DNA from: Allosphingosinicella sp.
GTDB lineage: Bacteria > Pseudomonadota > Alphaproteobacteria > Sphingomonadales > Sphingomonadaceae
Direction: 5' to 3'
Length of the DNA stretch: 64,000 bases
NCBI GenBank assembly: GCA_036554525.1
Contig: DATBNC010000010.1
Location: forward strand, 24,669 to 88,668
Shown here piece after piece: positions 1-11,974 of this stretch. The translations under genes were made by a program, and so were the position numbers. The notes under the pieces were generated by a model that had not been told where the DNA came from, did not search any database, and saw only the letters and a program-made list of their open reading frames with translations. Positions within the stretch are counted from its first letter, which is position 1. Each line of letters starts with the position of its first letter.

Positions 1-1747
1 CGTCACCGTGGAGCGGAAGTCCGGCCGCCTGTTCCTCGCCGACGGCCGCCCGGTGGAGATCGTCGATCTACCCGGCGCCTACAGCCTCGACCCTTCGAGC
101 CCCGACGAGGAAGTCACCCGCGACGTCGTGCTCGGCAAGCAAGCGGGCGAGCGCCTGCCCGACGCGTTGCTCCTCGTTCTCGACGCGTCCAACCTCGACA
201 ACCACCTGCGCTTCGCGCTGCAGCTGATCGCGCTCGGCCTGCCCGTCGTGATCGCGCTCAACATGGTCGATCTTGCCCGCCGCGACGGCCTGGAGATCGA
301 CCCCACCGTGCTGGAGCGCGAGCTCGGCGTGCCTGTGGTGGAAACCGTCGCCGTCCGCCGCCGCGGCGCCGGCGAGATCAAGGAGGCGCTCAGCGAAGCG
401 GTCTCCGCCGCCCGCCTGATCCGCGGCGGAGACGGACGCGATCAGGAAGACTTCACCGCCATCCAGCGCCGCGCGAGGGCTATCGCCCGCGCCGCCACCG
501 CCCGCGAGACGCCGGTGCGGCGAATCAGCCAAGCGATAGACAAGGTCGCGCTTCACCCTCTCGCCGGACCGCTGATCTTTGCGGCGGTTATGTTCTTCAT
601 GTTCCAGGCAGTGTTCGCCTGGTCCGAAACGCCGATCGGCTGGATCGAATCCGGGGTCTCGGCGGCGCAGGGCGCGGTGGCCGGGTGGCTGCCCGACAAT
701 GCGCTTCGCTCGCTGATCGTCGACGGCGTACTCGGCGGTGTCGGCGCCGTGGTCGTCTTCCTGCCGCAGATCCTGATCCTGTTCCTCTTCATCCTGCTCC
801 TGGAAGCATCAGGCTACATGGTCCGCGCTGCGTTCCTGATGGACCGGCTGATGGCGCGGGTCGGCCTCTCGGGCCACGCCTTCATCCCGCTCCTTTCCTC
901 CTTTGCCTGCGCGGTGCCGGGCATAATGGCGACCCGCTCGATCGAAGACCCGAAGCACCGCCTCACCACCATCCTGATCGCGCCGCTGATGACCTGCTCC
1001 GCCCGGCTTCCGGTCTACGCGATCATTATCGGCGCCTTCATTCCGGAGCGCACCGTCGGCGGCGCCTTCGGCCTCCAAGGCATCGTGCTCTTCGCGCTCT
1101 ACGCCTTGGGTGTGCTCGGCGCGCTGGTCGCGGCGCTTTTCCTGCGCCTCACCGTCACCAAGGGCGTCCCGCGCGGCTTCCTCCTCGAAATGCCGAAATA
1201 CCAGCTCCCGCACCTGCGCGACGTTTTGCTCGGCCTCTGGCAGCGGGCGCTGATCTTCCTGAAGCGCGCCGGCACCCTGATCTTGGTGTCCACCGTGGTG
1301 CTCTGGGCGCTGCTTTCCTTTCCGCAGCCGAAGGAGGGCGAGACCGCGCTCGACAGCTCCATCGCCGGCAAGATCGCGTCGGGCCTGGAAGTGATCGTCC
1401 GCCCGATCGGCTTCAACCACGAGATCGCCCTCGCGCTGATCCCAGCCATGGCGGCGCGTGAAGTCGCCGTCTCAGCGTTGGCCACCGCTTATTCGATCGA
1501 TGCCGAGGATGACGCGGCGGCCGAACAGCCGTTGATCGAGAAATTGCGCGGCCGCTGGAGCCTGCCGACGGCGCTAGCGTTCCTCGCCTGGTTCGTGTTC
1601 GCGCCGCAATGCTTATCCACAATTGCGGTGGCCCGGCGCGAAACCAACGGGTGGAAATGGCCAGCCTTCATGCTAGCCTATCTCTTCACGCTCGCGTGGC
1701 TTGCGGCCGGCGCGACATATTGGAGCGCGATCGCGCTCGGGCTTTGA
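1..1747 (+). CDS. feoB: Ferrous iron transporter FeoB (5' truncated by window edge)
   Basis: Frame open to base 1. GTPase-domain remnants ([14 protein letters not shown]) are followed by a long polytopic membrane domain typical of FeoB. Stop TGA at 1745-1747. Confidence 0.9.
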   Translation, partial: VTVERKSGRLFLADGRPVEIVDLPGAYSLDPSSPDEEVTRDVVLGKQAGERLPDALLLVLDASNLDNHLRFALQLIALGLPVVIALNMVDLARRDGLEIDPTVLERELGVPVVETVAVRRRGAGEIKEALSEAVSAARLIRGGDGRDQEDFTAIQRRARAIARAATARETPVRRISQAIDKVALHPLAGPLIFAAVMFFMFQAVFAWSETPIGWIESGVSAAQGAVAGWLPDNALRSLIVDGVLGGVGAVVVFLPQILILFLFILLLEASGYMVRAAFLMDRLMARVGLSGHAFIPLLSSFACAVPGIMATRSIEDPKHRLTTILIAPLMTCSARLPVYAIIIGAFIPERTVGGAFGLQGIVLFALYALGVLGALVAALFLRLTVTKGVPRGFLLEMPKYQLPHLRDVLLGLWQRALIFLKRAGTLILVSTVVLWALLSFPQPKEGETALDSSIAGKIASGLEVIVRPIGFNHEIALALIPAMAAREVAVSALATAYSIDAEDDAAAEQPLIEKLRGRWSLPTALAFLAWFVFAPQCLSTIAVARRETNGWKWPAFMLAYLFTLAWLAAGATYWSAIALGL

Positions 1748-1760
1748 AAAGGGTTTATCG

Positions 1761-2291
1761 ATGGCGGGCGTTAACAAGGTGATTCTGGTCGGCAATTTGG
1801 GCGACGATCCGGAAAGCCGCTCGCTCAACAACGGCGGCGAAGTGGTGAACCTGCGAATCGCCACCTCCGAAAGCTGGAAGGACCGCGACGGCAACAAGCA
1901 GGAGCGGACCGAATGGCACCGGGTCGTGATCTTCAACGAGAATCTCGGCAAGGTTGCCAAGAGCTACCTTAAGAAGGGGTCCAAAGTGTACCTCGAGGGC
2001 CAGATCCAGACCCGCAAGTGGCAGGACAATAGCGGCCAGGACAAATATTCCACGGAGATCGTCCTTCAGCGATTCCGCGGCGAGCTCGTCCTCCTCGACA
2101 GCCGCGGTGGCGGCGGCGGTGGTGGAGCCGGCGGCGGCGGCGGCTATGGTGACGATTACGGCCAAAGCGGCGGCGGCTTTGGTGGCGGTGGCGGCGGCTT
2201 TGGTGGCGGCGGCAGCGGTGGCGGCAGCCGCCCGCAGTCGCGCCCGGCCCCGGCATTCGACAGCGACCTCGACGACGACGTCCCGTTTTAA
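1761..2291 (+). CDS. ssb: Single-stranded DNA-binding protein
   Basis: ATG at 1761 gives [18 protein letters not shown] (OB fold), a Gly-rich linker and the acidic tip [10 protein letters not shown]. The track ORF 1701.. has a 20-codon spurious leader. Confidence 0.95.
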   Translation: MAGVNKVILVGNLGDDPESRSLNNGGEVVNLRIATSESWKDRDGNKQERTEWHRVVIFNENLGKVAKSYLKKGSKVYLEGQIQTRKWQDNSGQDKYSTEIVLQRFRGELVLLDSRGGGGGGGAGGGGGYGDDYGQSGGGFGGGGGGFGGGGSGGGSRPQSRPAPAFDSDLDDDVPF

Positions 2292-2390
2292 GCCGAAGCA
2301 CCCGAGCGCAAGGCGGGGATTGCGCAGCAATCGTCGACTTGCACGAGAGAGGGCAAAGGCCGGCCAGCGGGCGCTCAAGCGCCCGTCTGA

Positions 2391-2415
2391 CGTCACGCGA
2401 TTAACTCGCGTGACG
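2391..2415. terminator. Hairpin in the ssb / yceD-like convergent spacer
   Basis: CGTCACGCG-attaact-CGCGTGACG, a perfect 9-bp stem. It is preceded by a second 7-bp GC hairpin (2368-2385). No clear U-tract. Confidence 0.35.
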
Positions 2416-2425
2416 GCCCCCGAAG

Positions 2426-2959
2426 TTACTCCCCGAGCGTATCCTTAAGCGCCGCGAGCCCGGCAAACGGACTCCCCTCCCGCTTCGCCTCTTCCTCGCT
2501 CTTCACCCCCGCCTCGCGCAGCGCCTTCTCCGCCTGTGGCGAGCGCGGAAACGGGTTCAGCGCCAGCGACACCGTCTCCGCGACCGCCTCGCCCAAGTCG
2601 ATCGCGGAGCCGTCGTAGAACACCACGTCGAGCTCGCTTCCGCTCAGTTCGATCTCCTCGTCGGGCGCGGTCACCTCCGGGTGCGGGCGGAATTCGATAG
2701 TGAAGTCCTCGGCCACCTGCTCCTCCACCGGCTCACCGGTCGCCACGCAGCTTTGCACCACGGTTGCAGTCACTCGCCCCGACGCACGCACGGCTTCGTC
2801 GGCACGGGTGAGGCTTGCGGTTGCGGCAAGCGCATGAATTTCCGGCAAGCCGAACCGCTCCGCCAGCGCCAACCGCTCGGCCTCATCCGCCTCGATCGCC
2901 ACTTCGCGCGCACCGGCGCCGAGCGTGTCGATCCGAAAGGCGCGGCTGAATTCCGCCAT
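2426..2959 (-). CDS. YceD/DUF177 family protein
   Basis: 177-aa C-terminal part of track ORF 2426..3721, starting MAEFSRAFRIDTLG. It has an acidic DUF177-like core (VVQSCVATGEPVEE..DLGEAVAETVSLALNPFPR). Its ATG (2957-2959) overlaps the upstream stop as ATGA. Confidence 0.8.
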   Translation of the reverse strand: MAEFSRAFRIDTLGAGAREVAIEADEAERLALAERFGLPEIHALAATASLTRADEAVRASGRVTATVVQSCVATGEPVEEQVAEDFTIEFRPHPEVTAPDEEIELSGSELDVVFYDGSAIDLGEAVAETVSLALNPFPRSPQAEKALREAGVKSEEEAKREGSPFAGLAALKDTLGE

Positions 2960-3474
2960 CAAATTTCTCCCGCCAACAGCTGCGCCAGCGAAACCCCGGC
3001 AAGCCGCGCATGCAGCGCCCGAAGCCGCTCCGCCGCCACCGGCACCACCTCGTCGGAGGGCGGCGAATCGCGGAACATGTTCAGCCGCACCGCTGCGTGG
3101 AGGTCGCCCTCCCCAGCCAGCGCCTCGCGATATGCCCCAAGCCGCCCGCCCAGCGTCGACATCAGCTTGCCCACCCTCTTGCCGACGACGAGATCGCCCG
3201 TCCCCGCCTGGCGAAGCGTTGCGTCCATGTCGTCGATGAACAATTCGGTGAGCATCACCGTCTCCCGCCGCGCCACGTCCCCTTCCGCCTCCAGCCGAAG
3301 CAGCAGCAAGGCAACTACGGAGGAGACGACATCGAACCGCCCCGTCATCGTGTCCGGCACCCCGCCTTCCAGGTACCAGCCCGGATCGCGGCCCAGCCGC
3401 ACCGCCGCGTCGTAAAGGGGGCGAAGCGTCTGGCGCTCCGAACGGTCGCCGAACAGACGGGAGAGAAAGGTCAA
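2959..3474 (-). CDS. Ubiquinol-cytochrome c chaperone (CBP3-like) family protein
   Basis: LYDAAVRLGRDPGWY..GRFDVVSSVVALLLLRLE..LFIDDMDATLRQAGTGDL..GKRVGKL matches the Ubiq_cyt_C_chap domain. I prefer the in-frame TTG at 3474 (LTFLSRLFG..). The track start, TTG at 3552, is the alternative. Confidence 0.7.
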   Translation of the reverse strand: MTFLSRLFGDRSERQTLRPLYDAAVRLGRDPGWYLEGGVPDTMTGRFDVVSSVVALLLLRLEAEGDVARRETVMLTELFIDDMDATLRQAGTGDLVVGKRVGKLMSTLGGRLGAYREALAGEGDLHAAVRLNMFRDSPPSDEVVPVAAERLRALHARLAGVSLAQLLAGEI

Positions 3475-3606
3475 AGAGGTGCTCCAGGTGGGGCGCGTAC
3501 TTGCGCCGTTCAGCTTTTGTCGGATATTGGTGTCTCTCGTCCCCGCCCGCAAGGCAGGCGCGGCGCCACGCGGGGTGCGCAGCCGCTTTTACGGAGAGTT
3601 TCCAAT

Positions 3607-4095
3607 ATGATCGTTCGGCACGCACGCAGCATCGCGCTGATCGCCGCCGCCGCTGGCGCTTTCGCGACCGCCGGCTGCACCAAGATGGCGCTTCGCCAGG
3701 GCTATGTTGTCGACGAAGCATTGGTGACGGCGGTTCAGCCGGGCGTCGACAACAAGGAGTCGGTGCAGACCACCCTTGGCCGCCCGACCTTTACCGGCCA
3801 GTTCAACGAGAACGATTGGTATTACGTTTCCCGCAACACCAAGAATTACGCCTACAACCAGCCGAAGGTGAGCAGCCAGACGGTGCTTCGCGTGCGCTTC
3901 GACGCCGCGGGCAACGTCACCGCCGTCGACCGCCGCGGCACCGAGCAGGTCGCCTCGATCGATCCAAGCTCCGACAAGACGCCGACTTTGGGCCGCGACC
4001 GCAGCTTCCTTGAGGAGCTCTTCGGCAATATCGGCTCGGTCGGCAGCGGCGGCATGAGCGCCCCCACCGGCAACGGCGGCAGCAGCCCCAACTAA
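3607..4095 (+). CDS. bamE: Outer membrane protein assembly factor BamE (SmpA/OmlA lipoprotein)
   Basis: ATG at 3607. Signal peptide plus lipobox (AFATAGC), then GYVVDEALVTAVQPGVDNKESVQTTLGRPT, typical of SmpA_OmlA. Divergent from the CBP3-like/YceD pair. Confidence 0.85.
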   Translation: MIVRHARSIALIAAAAGAFATAGCTKMALRQGYVVDEALVTAVQPGVDNKESVQTTLGRPTFTGQFNENDWYYVSRNTKNYAYNQPKVSSQTVLRVRFDAAGNVTAVDRRGTEQVASIDPSSDKTPTLGRDRSFLEELFGNIGSVGSGGMSAPTGNGGSSPN

Positions 4096-4103
4096 GGACG
4101 ATC

Positions 4104-4124
4104 GGCGGCGTTAAAGACGCCGCC
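4104..4124. terminator. Hairpin between the convergent bamE and maeB genes
   Basis: GGCGGCGT-taaag-ACGCCGCC, a perfect 8-bp stem in the 38-nt spacer. Confidence 0.4.
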
Positions 4125-4133
4125 CGCCTCCGC

Positions 4134-6401
4134 CTAGCGAACGATACCGCCGGCGCCGAGTACGGCCAGCGTCAGCAGGTCCGACGCGCTTGCCGTCATC
4201 GTTGCGATCTGCACCGGCTGCGCCATGCCGACGAGCATCGGCCCGATCACGGAGTCGCCGCCAAGTTCGCCAAGCAACTTCGCCGACAGGCTTGCGGATT
4301 GCAGCCCCGGCATGACCAGCACATTTGCCGGGCCGGTCAGGCGGCTGAACGGATAGACCCGGTGCATCGCCGGGTTGAGCGCCACGTCCGGCGCCATCTC
4401 GCCTTCATATTCGAAGTCCGCGCCGCCGCGCTCATCGAGCAGCCGCACCGCGCCGCGCACGTTCTCCAGGAACGTGCCTTCGGGATTGCCGAAGGTGGAA
4501 TAAGACAGAAACGCCACCCGCGGCTCGTGACCCATGCGCCGCGCCACGCCTGCCGTCTGCGTCGCGATCTCGGCGAGCTGCTCGGCGGTCGGCCGCTCGG
4601 TGACGGTGGTGTCGGCCATGAAGATGGTGTGGCTCTGGCCGACCAGGATGTGGATGCCGAACGGCGTTGCACCCGGCTTGGGATCGAGCACGCGCCGCAC
4701 CTGGCGAAGCGCCTGCACGTAGGGCCGCGTGACGCCGCTGATCAGCACGTCCGCCTCGCCGAGCGCCATCATCAGCGACGCGAACGTGTTGCGATCCTGG
4801 TTGATCATCCGCTCCACTTCGCGGTGGAGATAGCCCTTGCGCTGCAGCCGCTGGCAAAGATGCTCCACCATCTGCGGGATACGGTCGGCGCAGCTGCGGG
4901 CGTTGAGCACCTCGATATTCTCGGCATCGGTCGCGCCCAGCGCGCGCAGCCGCTCGTGCACGTCGTCGCGGCCGACCAGGACCGGAACCCCATAGCCGCC
5001 GTCGCGGAAGGCGATCGCGGCGCGAAGCACCACATCCTCGTCCCCTTCGGCGAACAGCACCCGCTTCGGATTGGCCCGCGCCGCTTCGTAGGCGGCGGTG
5101 AGAACCGAGGTCGTCGGATTAAGCCGCGCCTTCAGCGAATTGCGGTAGGCGGCCATGTCCTCGATCGGCAGCCGCGCGACGCCCGAGTCCATCGCCGCCT
5201 GCGCAACGGCGGCCGGCACGACCTCCATCAGCCGAGGATCGAACGGCGCCGGGATGATGTAATCGGGCCCGAAGCTGTGCGCGCGCCCGCCATAAGCCGC
5301 CGCCACTTCCTCCGGCACCTGCTGCCGGGCGAGATCGGCCAAAGCCTCGGCGGCGGCGATCTTCATCTCGTCGTTGATCGTGGTCGCCCGCACATCGAGC
5401 GCGCCTCGGAAGATGAATGGGAAGCCGAGCACGTTGTTGACCTGGTTCGGGAAGTCCGACCGGCCGGTGGCGATGATCGCATCCGGCCGCGCCGACTTGG
5501 CGTCGGGCGGCGAAATCTCCGGGTCCGGATTGGCCATCGCGAAGATGATCGGGCGCGGCGCCATGTCGCGGACCATCTCCGGCTTCAGCGCTCCGGCGGC
5601 GGAGAGGCCGAGGAACACGTCGGCACCGACCAGCGCCTCGGGCAGCGACCGCGCCTCCGTCGGCACCGCGTGGGCGGACTTCCACTGGTCCATCCCCTCC
5701 GGCCGCCCCTGCCAGATCACGCCCTTCCTATCACACATGATCACATTCCCATGCGGCACGCCCATCGCCTTGATCAGCTCGGTGCAGGCGATCGCCGCGG
5801 CTCCGGCGCCGTTCACCACCACCTTGATGTCCTTCAAGGCGCGACCGGTGAGGTAGCAGGCGTTGATCAACCCGGCGGCGGTAATGATCGCGGTGCCGTG
5901 CTGGTCGTCGTGGAAAACGGGGATCTTCATCCGCGCCTTCAGCTCCTGCTCGATGATGAAGCAGGCGGGGGCGGCGATGTCTTCCAGGTTGATCCCGCCG
6001 AAGCTCGGCTCAAGCAAGGCAACGGCGTTGATGAAAGCGTCGGCGTCTTCCGTGTCGACCTCCAGATCGATCGAATCGACGTCGGCGAACCGCTTGAACA
6101 GCACCGCTTTGCCTTCCATCACCGGCTTCGAAGCCAAGGCGCCGAGATTGCCGAGCCCGAGGATCGCTGTGCCATTGGAGATCACCGCGACGAGATTGCC
6201 CTTGGCCGTATAGTCATAGGCCTTGCCCGGATCCTCCGCGATCGCCCGCACCGGCACCGCGACTCCGGGCGAGTAGGCCAGCGACAGATCGCGCTGCGTC
6301 GCCATCGGCTTCGAGGCGATGATCTCGATCTTCCCCGGCCGGCCCTGAGCATGGAAGTCCAGCGCCTCCTGATCGGAGAAGGTGACGTTGCTCTCGCTCA
6401 T
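4134..6401 (-). CDS. maeB: NADP-dependent malic enzyme (malic enzyme + phosphotransacetylase-like domain)
   Basis: 755 aa from ATG 6399-6401 ([17 protein letters not shown]..). Malic-enzyme motifs ([17 protein letters not shown]) and a PTA-like C-terminal half. The rest of track ORF 4134..8294 is antisense read-through over mutS. Confidence 0.95.
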   Translation of the reverse strand: MSESNVTFSDQEALDFHAQGRPGKIEIIASKPMATQRDLSLAYSPGVAVPVRAIAEDPGKAYDYTAKGNLVAVISNGTAILGLGNLGALASKPVMEGKAVLFKRFADVDSIDLEVDTEDADAFINAVALLEPSFGGINLEDIAAPACFIIEQELKARMKIPVFHDDQHGTAIITAAGLINACYLTGRALKDIKVVVNGAGAAAIACTELIKAMGVPHGNVIMCDRKGVIWQGRPEGMDQWKSAHAVPTEARSLPEALVGADVFLGLSAAGALKPEMVRDMAPRPIIFAMANPDPEISPPDAKSARPDAIIATGRSDFPNQVNNVLGFPFIFRGALDVRATTINDEMKIAAAEALADLARQQVPEEVAAAYGGRAHSFGPDYIIPAPFDPRLMEVVPAAVAQAAMDSGVARLPIEDMAAYRNSLKARLNPTTSVLTAAYEAARANPKRVLFAEGDEDVVLRAAIAFRDGGYGVPVLVGRDDVHERLRALGATDAENIEVLNARSCADRIPQMVEHLCQRLQRKGYLHREVERMINQDRNTFASLMMALGEADVLISGVTRPYVQALRQVRRVLDPKPGATPFGIHILVGQSHTIFMADTTVTERPTAEQLAEIATQTAGVARRMGHEPRVAFLSYSTFGNPEGTFLENVRGAVRLLDERGGADFEYEGEMAPDVALNPAMHRVYPFSRLTGPANVLVMPGLQSASLSAKLLGELGGDSVIGPMLVGMAQPVQIATMTASASDLLTLAVLGAGGIVR

Positions 6402-6554
6402 GAACCGGGCCTTTTCGTAACGTAATCGGGACGCGGCCGCTCTAGGCCTCGGGGGGTGAACGGAGCAACCCCGGCCCGGTTTCACGATAAAATGCTGGGG
6501 GCGAACACCAATTGGACGTTCCGCTTTCCACCCCGAGCCTTTACCCTCCCGGCC

Positions 6555-9140
6555 ATGGCAACGAAGGCAAAGACGGAGACCGGTCCCTCCCCGATGATGG
6601 CGCAATATCTCGCCATCAAGGCGGAAGCGCCCGATTGCCTGCTCTTTTACCGAATGGGCGACTTCTTCGAACTGTTCTTCGACGACGCCAAGGCCGCCGC
6701 CCAGTGCCTCGACATCGCCCTCACCGCCCGTGGCGAGCATGACGGCGCGCCCATCCCGATGTGCGGCGTCCCCATCCACGCCGCCGAGGCCTATCTCGCC
6801 CGGCTGATCAAGGGCGGCCACCGCGTCGCCATCGCCGAACAGACGGAGAGCCCCGCTGAGGCCAAGAAGCGCGGCTCCAAATCGGTGGTGAACCGCGCCA
6901 TCGTCCGCGTCGTCACCGCCGGCACCTTGACCGAGGAGGCCTTGCTCGATTCGCGTGCGGCCAACTGGCTCGTCGCAGTGTCGCGCGCCGGTGAGCGCTG
7001 CGGCCTTGCCGCCGCCGACATTTCCACCGGCCGTTTCGAGCTTGGCTCGGTGCCCGCGGCCAACCTCGACGCGGAGCTTGCCCGGCTGGCCGCAGCGGAA
7101 GTGATCACGCAGGAGGCACGCGGCGGCTTCGACAGCCTCGCCGCTGAGAAGCGCCTCAAACAGCGCTTCGAAGTTGCCACCCTGGACGGCTTCGGAAACT
7201 TCGACCGCGCCGCCTTGTGCGCCGCCGGCGGGCTCCTCTCCTACCTTGACGAGGTTGCGCGCGACTCGGTGCCGTTCCTGCGCCCGCCGGTGCTTCGCTC
7301 GGCCGGCGACCACATGATGATCGACGCGGCGACGCGCGAAAGCCTGGAGCTGACCTGCGCCGCGACCGGCGGCCGCAGCGGAAGCCTGCTTCACGCCGTC
7401 GACCGCACCGTCACCGGCGCCGGAGCCCGCCTGCTCGCCGCCGACATCGGGGCGCCCCTCCTCGACCGCCTTGCCATCGAAGCACGCTTGGACCTCGTCG
7501 CCGCCTTCGAGCGCGACGCCGGCACCCGCGACATGCTGCGCCGCCAATTGAAGGCACTCCCCGACATCGGGCGCGCGCTTGGCCGCCTCGTCGCCGGTCG
7601 CGGCTGCCCACGCGATCTCGGCCAGCTTCGCGACGGGCTGGACGAAGCGCGCCGCCTCCACGCCCGATTGGCTGCGCTCCCCGAGCGCCCGGCGCTGCTC
7701 GACCAGCTCCTGCCCACCCTCACCGGTCACGGCGAACTCACCGACCTTCTCGCCCGAGCGCTTGTCCCGTCGCCGCCGATCGACGCCGCGAATGGCGGCT
7801 ACATTGCGGAAGGCTATGACGCCGCGCTCGATGGCCTTCGCTCCACCGGCGGCGAGGGGCGGCGCGCGATCGCGAGCCTGGAGGCGCGTTACCGGACGCA
7901 GACCGGCATCGCCGCCCTCAAGATCCGCCACAACGGCGTGCTCGGCTACCACATCGAAGTCCCGGCCAAGCACGCCGACCAGCTGATGAGCGCGGAAAGC
8001 GGCTTCACCCACCGCCAGACGCTCGCCGGCGTCGTCCGCTTCAACGCGCCGGACTTGCACGAACAAGCGCTCCGTGTCGGCAACGCCCAGAACCACGCCG
8101 TCGCCGCCGAAGCCGCGCATCTCGAAGAGCTGATCGGCGAGGCGTTGAACCGCGCCGAGCCGATCGCCGCCGCCGCCGACGCGCTTGCCAGGCTCGACGT
8201 CGCCGCCGGCCTCGCCAAGCGCGCCGCGGAAGGCGGCTGGACCCGGCCGCTGTTCGTTGAGCGCAACTGCTTCGAGATTCAGGGTGGCCGCCACCCCGTG
8301 GTGGAAGACGCCGTTCGCGCCTCAGGCGGCCGCTTCGTCGCCAACGACTGCGAACTTTCGGACCATTCGCGCCTGTGGCTGGTCACCGGCCCCAATATGG
8401 GCGGCAAGTCGACCTTTCTCCGTCAGAACGCGCTGATCGCCGTCCTGGCCCAGGCCGGCGCGTTCGTGCCAGCCAGCCACGCCACGCTCGGCCTCGTCGA
8501 CCGCCTGTTCAGCCGCGTCGGCGCCTCCGACAACCTTGCGCGCGGCCGCTCCACCTTCATGGTCGAGATGGTCGAAACCGCCGCGATCCTTGCTCAGGCC
8601 ACCGAGCGCAGCTTCGTGATTTTGGACGAAGTCGGCCGCGGCACCTCGACCTATGACGGCCTCGCCATCGCTTGGGCGGTGGTCGAGGCGGTGCACGACC
8701 GCAACCGCTGCCGCTGCCTCTTCGCAACCCACTACCATGAGCTCACTCGGCTGGCGGAGCGGCTCGACGCCCTTTCACTCCACCACGTCCGGGCCCGCGA
8801 ATGGAAGAACGAGCTCGTCCTCCTCCACGAGCTTGCAAAGGGCCCCGCGGACCGGAGCTACGGCCTCGCCGTCGCGAAGCTCGCCGGCCTGCCGCCCCCC
8901 GTCCTCGCCCGCGCCAAGTCCGTGCTCGCCAAGCTTGAACAAGGCCGCGCCGCCACCGGCGGCATCGCCGCAGGCCTCGACGACCTCCCCCTCTTCGCCG
9001 CCGCCGCGCAAGCGGAAGAGGAGGCCGCGCCGGAGCCGCTCGCGGCCGCTTTGGCCGAAGTGGATGCCGATGCGCTCAGTCCCCGCGAGGCGCTGGAACT
9101 GGTCTACCGCCTGAAGCGGATCGCCGCGGACTCCGGGTGA
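6555..9140 (+). CDS. mutS: DNA mismatch repair protein MutS
   Basis: ATG at 6555 ([23 protein letters not shown]..). Mismatch-binding N-terminus ([14 protein letters not shown]) and Walker [15 protein letters not shown]. Confidence 0.95.
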   Translation: MATKAKTETGPSPMMAQYLAIKAEAPDCLLFYRMGDFFELFFDDAKAAAQCLDIALTARGEHDGAPIPMCGVPIHAAEAYLARLIKGGHRVAIAEQTESPAEAKKRGSKSVVNRAIVRVVTAGTLTEEALLDSRAANWLVAVSRAGERCGLAAADISTGRFELGSVPAANLDAELARLAAAEVITQEARGGFDSLAAEKRLKQRFEVATLDGFGNFDRAALCAAGGLLSYLDEVARDSVPFLRPPVLRSAGDHMMIDAATRESLELTCAATGGRSGSLLHAVDRTVTGAGARLLAADIGAPLLDRLAIEARLDLVAAFERDAGTRDMLRRQLKALPDIGRALGRLVAGRGCPRDLGQLRDGLDEARRLHARLAALPERPALLDQLLPTLTGHGELTDLLARALVPSPPIDAANGGYIAEGYDAALDGLRSTGGEGRRAIASLEARYRTQTGIAALKIRHNGVLGYHIEVPAKHADQLMSAESGFTHRQTLAGVVRFNAPDLHEQALRVGNAQNHAVAAEAAHLEELIGEALNRAEPIAAAADALARLDVAAGLAKRAAEGGWTRPLFVERNCFEIQGGRHPVVEDAVRASGGRFVANDCELSDHSRLWLVTGPNMGGKSTFLRQNALIAVLAQAGAFVPASHATLGLVDRLFSRVGASDNLARGRSTFMVEMVETAAILAQATERSFVILDEVGRGTSTYDGLAIAWAVVEAVHDRNRCRCLFATHYHELTRLAERLDALSLHHVRAREWKNELVLLHELAKGPADRSYGLAVAKLAGLPPPVLARAKSVLAKLEQGRAATGGIAAGLDDLPLFAAAAQAEEEAAPEPLAAALAEVDADALSPREALELVYRLKRIAADSG

Positions 9141-11887
9141 TGCGGGAGCGCTATGCCGCCGTTTCCAACCGCCGCGCGATCATCGATCGCCGCGCTTTGG
9201 CGGACGTGCTCGCCGGCCTCGGCGGAGAGGATCAGGCGGTTCGCGCCGAAGCCGTGGCCCTCCTCAAGGCGGCGCTCGCGAATGGCCGCGCCGAGGTTGC
9301 CCGGCGGCTTGAAGCCAAGCCTTGGCACGGCTCGGAAGCCGCCGCGGGTTATGCCTACCTCACCGACCAGATCCTGCGCCTGGTCTGGGACCTCGTCACC
9401 CGCCGGCTCCAGCCGCTCGGCGACGCACGGCTGCTGCTGATGGCGGTCGGCGGCTACGGGCGCGGCGAAATGGCGCTCCACTCTGACGTCGATCTCGCCT
9501 TCGTCACCCCCGACAGCGGCGGCACCGACGCCGGCCCGGTCCTCGAGGCGATCCTCTACGTCCTTTGGGATCTCGGCCTAAAGGTCGGCCATTCAAGTCG
9601 CACCGTCGCCGACACCGTGGCGCAAGCGGCCGGCGACTACACGATCCGCACCGCCATCCTCGAAGCCCGCTACCTCTGGGGCGACGAAGCTTTGTTCGAG
9701 GAGGTCGAGACCCGCTTCCGCAGGGAAGTCGTGGAAGGCAAAGCCGGCGAGTTCGTCGCGGAGAAACTGGAGGAGCGCAACGCCCGCCACCGCCGGATGG
9801 GCGACAGCCGCTACGTCGTCGAACCCAACGTCAAGGAAGGCAAAGGCGGCCTCCGCGATCTCCACACGCTCTTCTGGATCGGCAAATATGTCTACCGGGT
9901 GCGCAGCGTCGCCGAACTGGTCGAAGTGGGCCTGCTCACGCCCGCCGAGTTCAAGCAGTTCCAGCGCGCCGAGCGCTTCCTGTGGGGCGTTCGCTGCCAC
10001 CTCCACATCGTCGCCGGACGCGCCGAGGAGCGGCTGACCTTCGACTACCAGCGCGAGATCGCGGCGCGGATGAACTATGCCGACCGGCCGGGCAAATCGC
10101 CGGTGGAGCGCTTCATGCGCCACTACTTCCTGCACGCCAAAACCGTCGGCGACCTGACCGGCGTCTTCCTCACCCACCTCGACGAGAAGTTCGCCAAGAA
10201 AGGCAGCCGGTTCGGCCTTCCCACGCTCCGCCGCCGTCCCCGCAAGCTGGAAGGCTTCGTTCTCGACCGCGGCCGCCTCGCGCTGCCCGGCGACGACTTC
10301 TTCCGGGAGGAGCCGATCCGCCTCCTTCTTCTCTTCGCGCTCGCCGACCGCTACGAGCTGGAAATCCACCCGCTGGCGATGCGGGCCGCGGCGCGCGACG
10401 CCAAGCTGGTCGATGCAGAATTGCGCGCCGACCCCCGCGCCAACGCCCTGTTCCTCGACGTGCTCACCTCGAAGCGCGATCCGGAAACGGTGCTTCGGTG
10501 GATGAACGAGGCCGGCATCTTCGGCCGCTTCGTTCCCGAATTCGGCCGCGTCGTCGCGCAGATGCAGTTCGACATGTACCACCATTACACCGTCGACGAG
10601 CACACCATCCGCGCCATCGGCCTCCTTGCCCGGATCGAGAAAGGCGAGCTCAAGGAGGATCACCCGCTCTCCACCCGCATCTTCGGCTACATCGCGTCGC
10701 GCCGGGTGCTCTATTGCGCGGTGCTGATGCACGACATCGCCAAGGGGCGCGGCGGCGATCACAGCGTGCTCGGCGCGGAAGTGGCGCACAGCCTCTGTCC
10801 GCGCTTCGGCCTGAGCCCTGCGGAAACCGACACGGTCGCTTGGCTGGTCCGCCGCCACCTCCTGATGTCCGCCACCGCATTCAAGCGCGACCTCTCCGAT
10901 CCGCAGACGATCGGGGATTTCGTTCGAGAAGTGGCAAGCCTCGAGCGGCTTCGGCTTCTTCTTCTCCTCACCGTGGTGGACATCCGAGCCGTCGGCCCCG
11001 GCGTTTGGAATGCGTGGAAGCGCCAGCTGCTTCGGGACCTGTTCGAAAGCGCGGAAGAAGTGCTTCGCCTGGGGCACAAGCAGAAAGGCCGCGGCGACCG
11101 CATCGCCGCCGTGCAGGAGGCGCTCGCCGGCCGGCTCGGCTGGGACGAGAGCCGCTTCGCCCGCTTGGTCTGGCGCCTGCCCGAAAGCTACTGGCTCGCC
11201 GAAGCGCCGGAGGTGATCGAACGCAACGCCCTGCTGATGGACCGCGCCGACCGCGTCCCGGACGCGATCCCGGTCGAGATCGTCGTGCAGCCGGAAAGCG
11301 ACGCCACCCTGGTCAGCGCCTACGCCCGCGACCAGCTCGGCCTGTTCTGGCGTCTCGCCGGGGCGATTAGCCTCGCCGGCGGCAACATCATCGATGCGCG
11401 GATCCACACCACCAACGACGGCATGGCGATCGACAACTTCCTGGTTCAGGACGGTGCCGGCGGGCCGTTCGCCGATCCGCATCAGCTCGAGCGGCTCGCC
11501 GAAACGGTGACGGCGGCGGCGGCGGGCGAGGAGCCGGCCACCGAGCGGCTTGAGGCCAAGGCGCTTCCGCTGGTCCGCGCCGAAGCCTTTGCGATCCACC
11601 CGGCGGTGTTCATCGATAACAATGCCTCGAGCCGCTACACGGTGGTAGAGGTCAACGGCCGCGACCGCGCCGCCTTGCTGAGCGGCCTCGCCCGCGCGTT
11701 GTTCGAGTCAAAGGTCGCGATCCACTCCGCCCATGTCGCCACCTATGGCGAGCGGGCGGTAGACGTTTTCTACCTTACGGATCTTGGCGGCGAGAAGATC
11801 CTGTCGCCCGCCCGCCTCAAGGCGCTGCACACCCGCCTGCTCCGCGCCGCCAGCGATCAGCCTGTTCGGCAGCGCGCCGCCGCCTGA
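9137..11887 (+). CDS. glnD: [Protein-PII] uridylyltransferase / uridylyl-removing enzyme
   Basis: 916 aa with a nucleotidyltransferase N-terminus ([16 protein letters not shown]), an HD domain (LMHDIAKG) and two C-terminal ACT-like repeats. Overlaps the mutS stop by 4 nt. Confidence 0.95.
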   Translation: MMRERYAAVSNRRAIIDRRALADVLAGLGGEDQAVRAEAVALLKAALANGRAEVARRLEAKPWHGSEAAAGYAYLTDQILRLVWDLVTRRLQPLGDARLLLMAVGGYGRGEMALHSDVDLAFVTPDSGGTDAGPVLEAILYVLWDLGLKVGHSSRTVADTVAQAAGDYTIRTAILEARYLWGDEALFEEVETRFRREVVEGKAGEFVAEKLEERNARHRRMGDSRYVVEPNVKEGKGGLRDLHTLFWIGKYVYRVRSVAELVEVGLLTPAEFKQFQRAERFLWGVRCHLHIVAGRAEERLTFDYQREIAARMNYADRPGKSPVERFMRHYFLHAKTVGDLTGVFLTHLDEKFAKKGSRFGLPTLRRRPRKLEGFVLDRGRLALPGDDFFREEPIRLLLLFALADRYELEIHPLAMRAAARDAKLVDAELRADPRANALFLDVLTSKRDPETVLRWMNEAGIFGRFVPEFGRVVAQMQFDMYHHYTVDEHTIRAIGLLARIEKGELKEDHPLSTRIFGYIASRRVLYCAVLMHDIAKGRGGDHSVLGAEVAHSLCPRFGLSPAETDTVAWLVRRHLLMSATAFKRDLSDPQTIGDFVREVASLERLRLLLLLTVVDIRAVGPGVWNAWKRQLLRDLFESAEEVLRLGHKQKGRGDRIAAVQEALAGRLGWDESRFARLVWRLPESYWLAEAPEVIERNALLMDRADRVPDAIPVEIVVQPESDATLVSAYARDQLGLFWRLAGAISLAGGNIIDARIHTTNDGMAIDNFLVQDGAGGPFADPHQLERLAETVTAAAAGEEPATERLEAKALPLVRAEAFAIHPAVFIDNNASSRYTVVEVNGRDRAALLSGLARALFESKVAIHSAHVATYGERAVDVFYLTDLGGEKILSPARLKALHTRLLRAASDQPVRQRAAA

Positions 11888-11920
11888 CCACACTGGTCTT
11901 GGCAAGCTTGCCAAAGGAAA

Positions 11921-11950
11921 AGGGCCCCCGGGCGATGTCCGGAGGCCCCT
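11921..11950. terminator. Bidirectional hairpin between glnD and the TonB-dependent receptor
   Basis: GGGCCcCCGG-gcgatgt-CCGGaGGCCC (9 bp plus one mismatch). Flanked by T-rich runs on both strands (..CCCCTTCTGTGT on +; CCCTTTTCCTTTGG on -). Confidence 0.45.
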
Positions 11951-11974
11951 TCTGTGTAGTCGAACTGCCTTCGC

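Noticed and set aside
2095-2235. GGC/GGT-rich short-period repeats that might look like a repeat array
   Set aside because: They are in frame within ssb and encode the usual Gly-rich disordered linker before the acidic tip. This is neither a CRISPR array nor a mobile repeat.
4299-6425. 708-aa ORF on the + strand
   Set aside because: It lies entirely antisense to maeB. The Arg/His/Gly/Pro-rich composition has no recognisable motif. This is a typical stop-free shadow frame in GC-rich DNA.
6402-8294. N-terminal 630 codons of track ORF 4134..8294 (-)
   Set aside because: This is read-through upstream of the maeB ATG and antisense to mutS. The same trimming logic was applied to 16099..19389 (thrS), 2426..3721 (YceD-like), 43499..45088 (ribB), 62707..63948 (DUF1176), 16612..19275, 18618..20357, 22596..23966, 38356..39387, 39111..40208 and 54621..56153.
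9593-11599. 668-aa ORF on the - strand
   Set aside because: It is antisense to glnD, which has unambiguous NT/HD/ACT motifs. It has no domain signature of its own.
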